Shown here: positions 1 through 13,254 of the stretch, in pieces
How the letters are laid out: each line of letters opens with the position of its first letter
Numbering within the stretch: the first letter of the stretch is position 1
Assembly (NCBI GenBank): GCA_038496445.1
Contig: JALMLS010000070.1
Location: 96,574 to 160,573, forward strand
DNA: 64,000 nucleotides
Direction of reading: 5' to 3'
Origin: Trichosphaerium sp. ATCC 40318
Lineage: Eukaryota > Protista > Tubulinea
Notes under the pieces: model-generated
Database searches by the model: none
The model's input: only the letters and a program-made list of their open reading frames with translations
What the model was told of the DNA's origin: nothing
Translations under genes and position numbers: made by a program

Positions 1-801
1 ATGATACGTGGTACGTAAACGCTTGCACAATGCTTGCTTAAACATTACTTTTTTGCTACTTAACAGCGCTTTATTAAATTCTAAAAGGTGGTTGGTATGC
101 TGAATCTATTGGCACTAAAACATGTACAACTATGGGTTTCGGTAAATGCAACCCTCGTTCAGTCGTAGGACACACTCGCTGGCAAAATTGCCCATTGGGA
201 ATGTGGAACGAGCTCAGAAACAATAATGGTAACTTTGATGATCGTACCATGGCGTTCTGGCATAAATTCGACAATATCACCTGCGGGTATGTTCACCACA
301 ACCGCGTAAAGAAATCTTTACGTTTTCACTAACAAACTGTGTAATCCTAACGGTTAACGTTTAGAGAAAAGGTTGGCGTAAATTTCGTCATTTCTGTTGC
401 GTGTGATCCTCAACGTGCCCGTGATCAATACGAAGAAGCATACAGCAACTTGTGCGCACCAGATGCTACATACATGCCAGACTTTGATGATGCTCCAACA
501 ATGTACGAGCTTTTTATTTTAAGTACCAATTTAATGACTTTGGACTTAAACTCTTCGTAGGTATTGGCCTTACGAGTGCAAGTGTAATGCACCTACTGGA
601 AACTACTCAGAAGTACCTTGTAGATGCGCTGACGGTAAGTAGTAGCTGTTTTTTTTGTTTTGTAGAGTGCAAATCTTTTCTTTCTTTCGTTCTTTTTGGA
701 ATTGTTTTCTGATCTTATTGTTAGGTTTATTCGAAGGGGTTCCTCATGGTATGATGATGACTCGTTCTCTGGGTGACGCAGACTATGATGACTCGCTCTA
801 G
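1..801 (+). CDS. 3' part of an intron-containing hypothetical Cys-containing protein (5' end outside the window)
   Basis: Exons joined by GT-AG introns (MGFGKCNPRSVVGH..., YWPYECKCNAPTG..., ending ...DADYDDSL* at 799-801). No family recognised. Confidence 0.4.
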
Positions 802-1013
802 AGTCGCGAAAACGCTCGTATTACTTATCCCCTTTTGTCCCAAAAAAAATTAGTCTACAAATAAACAAAACCCTGCAAAACTATTTTATTGCAACCAACT
901 ACGAGTAAATTGAATAGTGCCTCTTGTTATTTCGGCCAAGCACGTGAACGTGTCAAAAAGTCAACAGTTTTAATTTGGCTGATAGCTTTGTCGGTTGTTT
1001 CATTGAGCTTACC

Positions 1014-3191
1014 ATGAAACAGTTTGGTTGGGGTGAGAAAACAGGTGGATACACACACGAAGAGACGAGTGAGCTGTTGAATACAGTTCATGCCTTCTTT
1101 GGCGTTGAAAAGCGCACTCCTTACCCTTCAACTATATCTGAAGCTGTTTTGGATGGTTTAAGAAAGCCTCGTTTTAAACTACCACAAAACTTGTTAAAAA
1201 TCTCTACAAGCGATGGTGAACAGCGGATAAGGCATTCTTATGGCTGCAGGTATGTTCCGTTTGAAGATATGTGACATATGATGCGTTTTTAGTTATGTTG
1301 ATGTTATGACTTGTTTTTATCAAAACTTTGACAACCTTGTTGATTATGTCGCCTTCCCGTGCTCTGAACAAGACTTGCAGTTGTATTTGGCTTATGCCAA
1401 AGCTAAAAAAGGTAAGTGCCGCTTCTTTATCACGTTTATAATAAACGTGATGACATTTAACGTGGTGAGCTAATTTTTTACAGTTGCACTTCATATTTAT
1501 GGTGGAGGAACATCTGTGGTAAAGGGCGTAGAGCCTACACGCGATGGAAGGTATATAGGAAGTATATCAGTGTCACTTCAGAAGCTCAATGCCGTGATTG
1601 GTATGGTATTGTCTGAAATATTACTTCTAACAATGCTAGATCTGGACGAAGAAAATCTTTTAGTACGAGTGCAAGCCGGCATACTGGGTAGAGATTTAGG
1701 GAAAATACTTAAGAGGTATAAACTAGCTTTCAGGCACTATCCACAGAGCTATGAGTTTTCGTCTGTTGGTGGATGGATAGCAACAAAAGCAGGAGGTAAA
1801 ATCATTCTATCTTTAACTACTTTTAATAGTATTCCTTAGGTCACTTTGCTACGGTATATACACGTATAGATCACTTTGTCCATTCTATGAGGGTACTATT
1901 ACCTAATGGAAAGATTTTAGAAACCTCCAAGTTCCCGTCTAGTGGCACTGGCACGACTCTTAACAAAGTGTTTTGCTAAGCTTTTTACAGGACCTACAGC
2001 TGATGATATATTTCTGGGCTCAGAAGGCTCACTTGGTATCATCACAGAAGCAACGTTAAAGATACAAAAACGACCTAGATATCGCATAAGTGGAACTGTA
2101 CAATTTTCTTCCTTCAATGATGCAGTTTCTGCAGTTAAGGAGACGGTACAAAATGGCTTGACACCAAGGTACAAGAGTAGAACTGTTCGCTTTTTGCTCC
2201 TTAATGTAACCTTTTTTTTTCAGCAATTGCAGGCTATTAGACTCTAAAGAAGCTCTTTTGAATCAAGTATCCCTAGAGTCCAAGTCTGTCCTCATACTAG
2301 GTTTTGAATCGGCTTGTGACAGAAACTTGGAAGCATCAATAGCACCTTGTTTAGAAATATGCAAAAGATACAATGGAGCTTTTGACTCATCTAAAATCAA
2401 AACACGTCAAGGTGATGAAGGATCTAAAACTGGATCTGCAGGTGAATGGTAATACCTGCTATAATCACAAAATTACCTTCGATGTGCTGATAGTTTTTTT
2501 TTATAAGGCGTAGAAGATTCTTAAACATGCCATACCTCAGGGATGAGTTGGCTCGTTTTGGTATTATTTCTGAAACTTTCGAAACGTGTTGTACTTGGAG
2601 CAACTTTCCAACACTTCGTAGTACTGTAACAAAGGCGGCTAAATCGGTAATGAAGTCCTTGAATATCAGAGGCGAAATAACTTGTCGTTTCACGCATATA
2701 TATCCAGGTAAGCGCTATCTACCAGTAACGTAGACTTCCTCTGAAAATAATTTAGAAATTTAACCTACCTATATTTAGATGGACCTGCTCCTTACTTTAC
2801 AGTTATTGCTTTTGGGCATAGCGGACAAGAAATAAAAGAATGGAAAGAAATAAAAACGGCTGTATCTAAAGCGCTGGTGAATGCAGGTGGAACAATGTAC
2901 GCCATGAAAGAGATATCTTTTCTTTACATAAAGATCGAAAACATTTTGTATTTTGGATTGGACCTTTTGACTTTGTTAGTTCCCACCATCATGCAGTCGG
3001 AAGAGATCATATGGAATGGTATTTAAAGCACACAGATACTGAGTTTATTAAAATACTATCAGATATAAAAAGGTATAAAGTTTACATTGAATGAGTTGAT
3101 AAACCTAAAACTGTTCTTGAATAGAAGCACTGACGTATCATGGATTCTTAACCCTGGCATATTAATTCCTATTGCTTCCAGTCACTTATAA
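1014..3191 (+). CDS. FAD-linked oxidase, bacterial-type alkyldihydroxyacetonephosphate synthase-like, with C-terminal PTS1 (SHL)
   Basis: Spliced protein has FGWG, YGGGTSVV, HYPQSYEFSSVGGWIATKAGGHFAT, LGSEGSLGIITEA, TCRFTHIYPDGPAPYF and HHHAVG; it ends ILNPGILIPIASSHL*. Confidence 0.85.
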
Positions 3192-3492
3192 AATCGGTAT
3201 TACTTCCAGTAAGGTTTCATGCTGTTGCTCAAACAATCACGTGCCTGTCAAAAAAGATACAAATAGCAAGAATATAGTTACGACTGTCTACACAATTTTT
3301 TTTTGCTACGCCAAGCGTAGTTTAAGTCAAGATTTAAACGTCCTCCCACTACGTACTACATACTGTAGCTTGGCAAAATTTAGTTTTCGCGTTGATAGGA
3401 GAAACGGTTGCTCCGATTGCACGCGGCTTAACTAAGGGGGAAAAGTTTGTCCCTTTTTGAAAACCAGTTAATACATAGTTGAATAATACATC

Positions 3493-4852
3493 ATGACAGA
3501 AGCAAAACAGCGCATTGTTGCTGTAACGGGAGCTACTGGCTATCTAGCAGGACATGTCATCAAACAGCTTCTCGAAAAAGGTTACTCTGTGCGTGGTACA
3601 GTCCGTAACAAAGCAAACAAAGAGAAATCTCAGCACCTCATGGACATTGCCTCGAAACTCGGTGGAAAACTAGAACTATTCGGTAAGTTCCACAAAGGCA
3701 CTGCGGTATATTTACGAAAGGTACTTGTTTAGAAGCTGATTTAACGAAGAAAGGATCATTTGATAAAGTAACGTCTGGTGCGGACTTTGTGATACACACA
3801 GCGTCACCGTTTCAAATGGTGGCAAAAAACCCTGAAAAAAATCTGTTAAAACCAGCGTACGTTTCATTTTGATGTTCTGGTTTAAACGACTTTAATTAAT
3901 GACTAGTGTTGAGGGTACAATAGATGTACTAACATCTTGCAAAAAATCAGGGAGCGTCAAGAAAGTATGCAACGATTTCCTGTTTTACAAATTTGTGAGA
4001 AAACACGTGCTAATTTTCTTTGCTAGGTGGTTTTGACGTCTTCTGTTGTTGCTATTGCATTCCATGGAAAAGTACCAAAGGGGCAAATACCAACATTCAC
4101 TGAGGAAGATTGGAATACTACTTCAGACATAAAACATGAAGCGTATGCTTTAAGCAAAGTTCGAGCTGAAAAAGCCGCTTGGGACTTCATGAAAGATATT
4201 GATGATTTCTCCCTTGTCACCATAAACCCTGCCCTAATCATAGGACCAGTTCTTTCAAAAGGAAGGTTAGGTGAAAGCGTAGGAATAATCAAAAGGTAGC
4301 AAAACCTCAGAGGGAAAACTAAAGAGCTATTTTTATCAAAATTAACTTGTTTGTAGCCTTGTTAGCGGTGAGTATCCTCGAGCACCTAACTTCAACTTTT
4401 GCGTTGTCGATGTACGTGACGCAGCTAAATCACATATACTTGCTATGGAGAATGAGGAAATTAAAGGTAATATAGTCTTTCTCTTGACTTCTCATAAAGG
4501 CAACAGGTCAACGATACCTTTGTACAAAAGAAGGCAGTATAGCTTGTTTGGAGATGTGCAAAGTGCTCAAGAAGAGCTTTCCAAAAATGCCAATTCCTAC
4601 CAAGCCAATGCCAAATTTTGTCCTGTATGTTGCCGCTATAGTGGACTCAAGGCTATCATGGGGATGGCTAAAAAGGAATCTAAACAAAACGTTATTGTTT
4701 GATAATACCAAAATTAAAAAGCACGTTTATAGTAAAATTGTGTCATACTAACTTGCTGCAGAGACATGAAAGTAGAATTCCGAGATGTTGAAGATTCGTT
4801 AGTAGATACTGTTAAATCTTTGATTGAATTTGGATTTATTACAAAGAAGTAG
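3493..4852 (+). CDS. NAD(P)-dependent extended SDR, dihydroflavonol reductase/cinnamoyl-CoA reductase/Gre2-like
   Basis: VAVTGATGYLAGH, VIHTASPF, catalytic YALSK, INPALIIGP, VDVRDAA. Confidence 0.9.
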
Positions 4853-5059
4853 AATATGAAAAAAAAAACAATGCAACTGCTCACGTGGCATTTTTTTTTT
4901 ATTTCTTCCACAAGGTCGCCTTGTAAACTCTTTAAGAAATAAAGTCACGTGCAAGGCAGTGGTAGAAAAATTTATCACCATTTGAATAAGTCCATGACGT
5001 TAACGCAATTATTCTTTTTATTTGGTTCAGGGGGTGTTTTTTCAGTATTGTTTAGTTTA

Positions 5060-7150
5060 ATTAATGTAGTACATTAAGTCACATAGAGCTGTTATGCCAA
5101 GCCAATTCTGTATCCTTGTTTGTGATTGTACCTAATTCTTTTTTTAAGACATATCATAAGCTTTTTATTAGCTGATGCGCTCCAAATAATAATTGAAGCG
5201 TGCTTATAAGATAACAGTTCAATACCTGTTTTGAGTTAGTATTGTTGGAAAAGAAGAAAATGTTTAAAGTTTGGTACCAGTTTTAGCACAAATGATGTGT
5301 ACAGATTTACTCTCAGATTTAGATAATAGAAACACACTTTTCTTGAAATCAAAATGCATCATACAAGGTAAGAAAGTACAATTAAGGTACTTCCAAACTT
5401 GTTGGCGGGTATGAACATTGTAGAGATAAATACAGGTTTTGACATCCATGCTGTTTTCAATTGGTAGAGTATGGCTATACAACACATAATCTAGAATACT
5501 TAGTAAGAGGTATAAACTTGAAAGACGATACTACCTTTGGTTTTATAGTACTCGTATTGCACACAAGCAAAAGTATTGGGAGGAGCGAGAGTGATACACT
5601 TTTTTTCCTCCATAAAAAAAAGATGTAATCCGCCAGATTCAGTTGTTATCACCAAAAATTGTAAACCACTCGCTGAAGAGTACAGTTTGGCTTCGCTTGT
5701 TTGATGAGGAATTCCTTCGATACTTGTCAATACTTTATGCTTTTAGACTATGTCAGCAATTACAAATATAGATAGATATTTCTCACCCTTTTTATTCGGT
5801 TCCAAGAGCACAGTGTGATTCCTCTCTTTGTCAATAGAAATACCCCTTCTGGTGTTGTTCCCACAATTTTAATGTATGATGATCCGCAATTGCTTTCATC
5901 CGGAAACACATAAGAGGGTCGTAAAGGTACACTAAGACACAATAAGTATCATAAATGGATGGTCAAGTACGTCTTTGTTTCAAGCCTTGTGATATCAAAG
6001 AATGCCGCTTTCATGAATGTATCAGTACTTAGAGTGTATGTAGTTTTGTATATCTACAACGCATTATATAAGAGCGTATTTTGAACGGTACCCTTACCAC
6101 AACGGCAAATTCTTTATGAACTACAATGTCAACAATACAAGATCCTCTTATCTCAGAATCAAATACATCATCTGGATCAACAGCCAGTTTAAGTTGTCCT
6201 TTAGATTTTATTCGCCCTATATCACTGACACTAAACAGTTCTAGATCCCTCAATCCTCTTTCTGCTACTATGAGCATCTCAGACAATGCATCTATTCAGG
6301 CGTCAACTGTCAAAAAATAGTTTAGTTACGCTACCATTCACGTAAACACCACTGCAACCCTTTCCTAAAAAATTCGACACTTCGTTCTTCTTTTGTTGGC
6401 ATCCTTCTTTTTTCAAGAAATACACCGTCGCACTCTCTTTCTTGTAATTGTGCATTACGTCTTTGTGTATTTTGGGATAGACTCGGTCAAGTGCTAAGTT
6501 TTGAACAAAAAACCAATCAAGTCTTCTCACTCTTCGTCCAGGCTTACAAACTGTTCCCGTTTTGCAAGTAGGCCGGTACGTGGTCTTGGATATTTTAATA
6601 TAGTTCTCAAGGCGACTATTCTAGTTCAGCAAGAATATTGTCAAAAATCACGTGGACGTACCTCTTCCACTCCTGAGCCGCATCAAACGCCATAAACTAC
6701 TAGTGTTAGCAGCATGTTTGTAAACTTCTTCTTACCTTTGCTTTCCACGTGTCATATGGACCTGTTGTAGTATCGCCAGGTAACTTGTCAATCCAGAAAT
6801 AGTCCTCTTGAATAAACAAATACCACTCCCAACACACCAACCTAAAATGAACCTTACTAAAAGCCTTACAAAAACAGCATTGAATGTACGCACTGTAGAG
6901 ATTGTAGTGTTACAGCTGATGAGTAGCTCCAAATCATATAATGACACTCGACAGGTATAACAGGGGGGTCGTTTACGCGTCTGAGAGCCGGTTTTGGCTG
7001 TATATTGAATGTCCATAGTCGTTGATGCCGAGTTTTGCATGGTACTTTTTTTTTGGGTTTTTTCTTTTTAAACGGATTGTCTGTTTGTTTATTATTTAAT
7101 TGGATAAACTGGTACGTCGACTTACTTGGTTCTTCTATTGCCCACTCCAT
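5060..7150 (-). CDS. F-box protein with a probable beta-rich C-terminal domain (3' end approximate)
   Basis: Splicing joins IPVECHYMIWSYSSAVTLQSLQ to LVCWEWYLFIQEDYFW, an F-box-like motif. Several downstream exons appear in the ORF track. Confidence 0.55.
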
Positions 7151-7505
7151 TTTTATGACAAGGGAATAACAATCGAAGTATTCAGAGAACATTTTAACCA
7201 AATATACACGGAAAACAATAGCTATTGTTACTCTAATTTTTTATTGTCATATTACACTCAATGCTAAGGTACATATACTTACAATAAAATTAAGGCATCT
7301 GCCATTTAGAACTAGCACAGCTCATGAAACCTATTGAAAGCCACTTCTTCATGGATAAATGGGCCATAAAAAAATGTGATTTAAGGTCGTCCTCTAATTT
7401 TACTAACTAGTATATGCACCTCTTATTTTAGACCATTTCAGTCACGTGTTTTAGAAAATTACCATTCTGTTAACAGTAATTCAAACGCAAAACAGCCATC
7501 TATAG

Positions 7506-8264
7506 ATGTTTCGAGCCATTCACAGAACGATTACCACTAAGTTCTCATCTATACTCAAGGTTATCGCAATGGAAGATTACTCAAGTGAAGAGTATTTTGA
7601 CGACTTTTTGGACGAGTACGATGACATTGAGAGTACATTTAAAGTTTGGAAGCAAAGACGCTTTGGTTCGGCATATACACCTTCTCGTGGTCGCAGCAAA
7701 GGACCCAAAAAGCAAAATCGCAAATTAACTACACCAGAGGTCATAAAGAAACCGACTGTAACTTCAGATAAGCGTAGCTTGCCTGACAAAAACCCTAAAG
7801 TGTACACTGCCAAAAACAAAAACAAAGGAATGGCTGACGGGTTATGCAAGATGCACGCGTTGAATGCATTTTATGGAAGAGCAAAGCTTAATGAGAAAGC
7901 ATATAGAAGTTTATGTAATGAGTTTGATGTATCACGTGGGTTACCAAAGGGTACATCAGTAAGATATTTCTTAGTTGATGAAGGAAATGTTCTATCATTT
8001 ATTGTGGAAAAGGGTGGAGACTTCGAAACAAAGTACTTCTCTTTCGGCGAACAATTACGTATTGGTGGCAATGTCATTGGATTTTTTGAGTTTAATAGTA
8101 AGCATACTTGGTATTGGGCAGCACAAAAGAACGGTCAATGGACAAAATGTGATGATATGAAAGGTGCAAGGAGAAACGTTGTTCTCAATCTAGAAAAATG
8201 TAAAAACTTGGGTCAAGTTGTAGTGTATAAACGACAGAGCAATGAAGTCAACGTATCACATTAA
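7506..8264 (+). CDS. Intronless Josephin-like (MJD family) cysteine protease, putative deubiquitinase
   Basis: GLCKMHALNAFYG resembles Josephin LCxxHALNN; HTWYWAAQKNGQWTKCDD supplies candidate His and Asp. The true start may be the ATG at 7569. Confidence 0.55.
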   Translation: MFRAIHRTITTKFSSILKVIAMEDYSSEEYFDDFLDEYDDIESTFKVWKQRRFGSAYTPSRGRSKGPKKQNRKLTTPEVIKKPTVTSDKRSLPDKNPKVYTAKNKNKGMADGLCKMHALNAFYGRAKLNEKAYRSLCNEFDVSRGLPKGTSVRYFLVDEGNVLSFIVEKGGDFETKYFSFGEQLRIGGNVIGFFEFNSKHTWYWAAQKNGQWTKCDDMKGARRNVVLNLEKCKNLGQVVVYKRQSNEVNVSH

Positions 8265-8294
8265 ACCTGTATTCTTTAATTATAATAAAGGGTC

Positions 8295-8576
8295 TTACGA
8301 ATAACATTCTACTTTTCCTTTATTCTTTGCTTGGTGCCATGTAATTTCATCGCCATGTTGAGTCCAAGCAGAAGCAGAAATCATTTGGCCATTTTCAAAT
8401 ATGTGCTCGTTCATGTACTCAGCGTAATGCCTTCCTTCCTCAAGTGCATGTAGCTGACCATAATGGTAGCTAATCTGTAAATCAACTACAACATTTCTAC
8501 GATACGTTGCTTATGCCGTCTTTAGAAGTCAGTACTATGAAAAGGCCTTGTTCCTTGCTGGTACCTTGGTCTCCAT
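8295..8576 (-). CDS. Possible small spliced hypothetical protein
   Basis: METK, then a GT-AG intron, then ISYHYGQLHALEEG...KVECYS*. The 5' end is uncertain. Confidence 0.3.
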
Positions 8577-8997
8577 TGTTGAAGTCAACACTTTATTTAG
8601 TAGAACGAAAGGTATTAGGTGTTCTGGGAAGCTCGCTTGTATAAGAATGATCAAATACTATACGTATCAGGTAAGATATGTGTTCCACAAACAAGATCAG
8701 ATTAGCTAACCAGCTAAGCAAATGTGTTAACACCTTTGAAATCAAATAGTTGATGATTTGCTTCCGTATGCTTTGTGTATCTGGGAATGATTTGAAAATG
8801 CAAGTAGCTTCAGCGCAAGCTGCCTTGCACTTGGGTGATGAGATAAACTATTCTAAGTCAATTGCTGCGCTACAGCCCTTCAAAACGCAAGGGAGACCTT
8901 ACACGACACCTTGCCAGTTTGAAACAAATGCAAATTAAAAAGTCACGTGTTTTCTAAACGAATCAACCGTTGGTTAGTATTATTGTTTCACCTCACA

Positions 8998-11031
8998 ATG
9001 GCAGCTTTAGTTACGCCCAAAAAGTCAATAAAAACCATCCTAAGTGTAACCAGCATCACACAAATAAACGTACTTATCCAACTGTTTTAGGAAGCGGCTA
9101 CACTTCAATCAGTGCCTTATGATGTACTAAACGAGATTACGTTATATTTAACTGCCAATAACGTTTTCACTCTTCGACTTGTGTCAAAGCGACTGTGTAG
9201 GACACTAAACGAGAAATCATTCATGAAGGTACGAAGAAGACTGAATTATTTTTATTTTGAGTGTAACAATGTAACGGTTTTTTGTGCTCTACAAGTAGCG
9301 TTAAATGTGTAATTTGATACGTTAACGCTGAACATTGCCGTTCTATGTTGGTTTCTTTTAAAACACTTTGGACAATGGCATAAAAGTTTGAGTTTTTCTA
9401 CCACCTACGATAACTTAAACCCTTTTTTTTTGTTGTACTAAGAAATGGTACATGGTTGGCTGTGTGTTTGTTGGACTTTACCGACTAAATCGTTGTAAGA
9501 AAATCACAATTTTACGCTTGTCCAAACTTTTTTTTTCGGCTGCGAGCGTAAGGAATTCATACCAAAAGGACGAAGGAGAAATAAAAATGTCCAGTTTTAA
9601 ATGAAAGTCAACATATAATAGCTCATCCTTTACGAGGCCATTGTACCAATGCTTTTATGGGGCAGTGACACACAGGATGCTGTTTTCTTGAGTAATGTTG
9701 TACGTTTTTTAACACGGCCAAAGTAGCACGTGCTTTGATGTTTGATTTTTACTTAATTACCTTAAAGCCAAATGAAGCGCAACAATACTTTGAAGCAATG
9801 CTTGCCTATATTCGTAATAATGTATTTAATATTGCTGATCGACATGCAAGACAAATGGCAGCCCATTTTCTTTCTCGTCTTGATACTTGTACGGAGGCAG
9901 AATTTTATGATGTGGTCGAACAAGTATTACTCTCTTAATCTCTTATTTGCTTAAACACGTGTAGATTGAAACAATGGCATTGAAAGCTCTTGACAGCACA
10001 CGCCCAAGCATCAGGAAAGATGCCTTGTATGTCTCCCTTCATTTTTTTTTGATTCTTGTTTTATTCTAGTTTTTGTTAATCGACACTGAGCTGTTTCTTG
10101 CTAACTGCATTTCAGTGAGGTTCTTGGGCTTAGTTCCGTGCTATCCGTAGAGACTATTAAAGTAAAAAACGCAGTTATTAGCCGTTTAGGTGATGAGGAA
10201 CAAATGTTTGATATGGCTAGATATCTCGCCAGAATGAGATATTTTGTAGAAGATTACAGATGGGTATGTTTAATGTACCGTAATCTATTAAACCTTTTAC
10301 CATCATTAGGAAGAAATTATTATAGAAGAACCTCTGAAAAAGCTTTTAGACATAATCAATTTTGAAGAGATACTAAAGTAATACAGATTGTATTAGTTGA
10401 CAAAGTACTAACTGTAACTTTTGTAGGTCTGATTCAATTCTTTTTCACCAACGAGGACCAGATTTTGTACAAGCTTTACAAGCAGTTCTAATGGCATCAG
10501 GACCTGCATTTGCAAGGAGAAAAAGGCGTATCTTGCACAATATGGTAAAGGCTATCAGAGATATTGATGAAAGTACACCTTTCGCCACTCCTTCAGCCAA
10601 GCCAGCAAACTTCATGAAGAGTCTTATTATAGCGGTTGTTGCAGTCATTATGAATATGAGTATGTTTCATCCTTTTAATCCGCTTGATGCCACTGTTAAC
10701 TGTTGCTGTAGGAACAATAGACAATATGTTATACGGACATCTAATGCCAATTCTTGTTCGCATCATTAGATATGTAGTCACCTGTGAAGAACAACAACAA
10801 TTGCAACGAGAAGCTTTATCAGCTATGCATCGTGTTGCTTTAGGTGAATACAACTCTATTCAAACTTGTAACGTTAACCTCTATTATTAGCTCATCCAAT
10901 ATTAATAATATATGAAGATGTTGTACCTTTGTTTGTACAACATCTAGAGATACAAAAAAAAACGGATGTGCAATCTCAACGGGTGCATTGCTGTTACTAG
11001 TAGTATCAGAGGAGAACCTAACCATGTATAG
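8998..11031 (+). CDS. F-box protein with helical (HEAT/ARM-like) C-terminal region (3' end approximate)
   Basis: F-box motif LQSVPYDVLNEITLYLTANNVFTLRLVSKRL, followed by many amphipathic-helix exons. Confidence 0.6.
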
Positions 11032-11736
11032 ATTATTTGTGAACTGATTGAGCTGATAGAATATCGTGCTTGCCAACAAGGACGTCGATTTGTTAAACAT
11101 ATCAAATCTGTGATGCACGTGTTATTTGATGTTGAGGTAAATTAATTACTGCATGTGCAATAAAGCTTCAGAAATTATGCACCTGCACCTCATCTCTTCA
11201 CTGAGGCAGGTTTGATGAATAGATATGGCTGTTTGCCTACTATGGTAAGATATTCGAATGATCTGCTTGTTAGTGAGACGGTCGAACTTCTAGCTGTACG
11301 TATAACTAGGCACAAGTTTAGATTGTAATTCGTGATTCTCACAAGTAGAAGATTACCTTTAAACGGCGAATGTCCGTTTGTAAAAACGTTTAGTATGACA
11401 GATTACATTCGCAAAGCATAACCTAAAAAGCTGAATACTGTAACGACGGGGCTATTTCCTCATAAATCGAGCTGGGTACTATTAATATCAGTATTTTTGG
11501 GCAAATGCCCAAATATTCTTAACAGGTAGCACAAATGCGTCTAAACTTAGCCTTTGTGCGAGCATTGTCACCACCACTAAACAACCGATCCCTATACTCT
11601 ACGCCAAAACAGACTACATCATGATTCTGGCGTTAACGATTCATTGAAAATTGTTGTTTTGGATGCCAAATTCTGCCAAAAATAGTACATAGCGCCTCAT
11701 AAATTACAACAAGGACACGTATTGCAAGCAATAAGA

Positions 11737-12343
11737 ATGGCAGTTAGGTCTATACAAACGCTTTCAGACATCCTTAATTGCAGTGTTGGAGAGCACATCC
11801 TTGCTGATTTCCGCTCCTTTTTAAGAGCTCATGGATGCGTTGACTTGGCTATGCTTAAGTACCGCACCTGGTACCGCCCGTTCCTCATGGACAACTCGAA
11901 CGGAGAATACCCAGACTGTTATTGCACTCCTATTGTCAATACGATAATAGAGAACAGTACGTAGACAGATAACTTAATTCAGAAGAAGACCAATATATTT
12001 TTTATTTTTTTTTGTTTTTTTGAAACGAACTTTTTTTTGCCGCCGTTTTGGTTATCTTATTGTTACATCATTAGTAAGTCATGTGGGCATCTTAGATGAG
12101 AGAGAAGAGATACCACCTCTTCACGTAGTAAACAGAATGATAATAAACGGGAGAGCATTTAAGGGTTCATGTGCCATCGAGAAACACAATCTGGCCGTAT
12201 TAGAAAAAGTTTACGAGCTATTACTAAACCCACCAAGGATTCTAGAAAGAGACTACGACTATCCTCTCCGGCTGAAAAGCGCTGATTACTTGTTTACGCA
12301 GACGTATGAGCAAGCTTACGAACAGCGCCGAGATTTCGAGTAG
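11737..12343 (+). CDS. Two-exon hypothetical protein
   Basis: ORFs 11722-11964 and 12020-12343 are separated by a T-rich GT-AG intron. Confidence 0.45.
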
Positions 12344-12483
12344 TCTAAGCTTTGTATAGTGTTTAAATAATACTGCAATAAACCTGCTTCAATTTGTAGA
12401 GTTGCAAGTTCGAACTGTTTGAGATAAACGTTGACTTCTAGTTTTAAAAAAATTGCTCGTGTGCAATTAATAGAATAAACCAC

Positions 12484-13050
12484 ATGCTAGTAGTGGCGGC
12501 TGCCCGTCAGGCGGTTTTAGGTAACCATCCTCACGCACGCGTAACTCTTCTGTTTTTATTCGTCGGCTTTCTTTTACTCACAGTCGGCGGCCCTGGTGTT
12601 ATAGTTTCTAGTTTGCATATCACTGCGACTGGTAAGTATAATATCAATATTAAAGCGAGAGCCAAGTGTCAAATCACACTTTACTTTTTGAAAAAGTTGT
12701 AGATTCCATAAACGTGCTAACTATTGATTTCGATCCATCGTGTGGGTTGCTTTGTCAGTTCAGAAGTAGTTTAGCATTTTGGATTGTATTCTCGTTCGGT
12801 TCATTATTTATGGTACTTGCGCTTCTTTTGGCGCTGGTTCCTCTTGCAGAAATGGCTAGAAGAGTGCGTAATGATTTTAAGAGCAATTCTAAAAACAAGA
12901 AAACTAACCTGGCTTTTTAGCGACTACTTGGTGCTGCAGAGGATGCACCCGTTAGTGAGGATAGACCGCTGTTACAGAGTGCTAGGGTTATTGATATTGA
13001 CAGGTAACAAACTCGTTTAAACAGTCAAACGAATAAAATCTTATCTTTGA
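12484..13050 (+). CDS. Small two-transmembrane hypothetical protein (3' end uncertain)
   Basis: Hydrophobic segments VTLLFLFVGFLLLTVGG and LAFWIVFSFGSLFMVLALLLALV lie in consecutive exons. Confidence 0.4.
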
Positions 13051-13254
13051 TGTCACTCTACAAACTTCAAAAAAGTCGCAAGTGAGGATACTGAAAGCGA
13101 AGCTCTGATCGCGGAACAATGGAGTTCAGCGCATTACGTAAGAAGCCTAATACGTAGTAACGTGACGAAAGGAAAGAGAAAAAAGGATGTCAGGAACAAA
13201 ATGTTGTTTATTTGTACAAGTCACAACGCATGAATTTTTTTCAGATGATATCAT

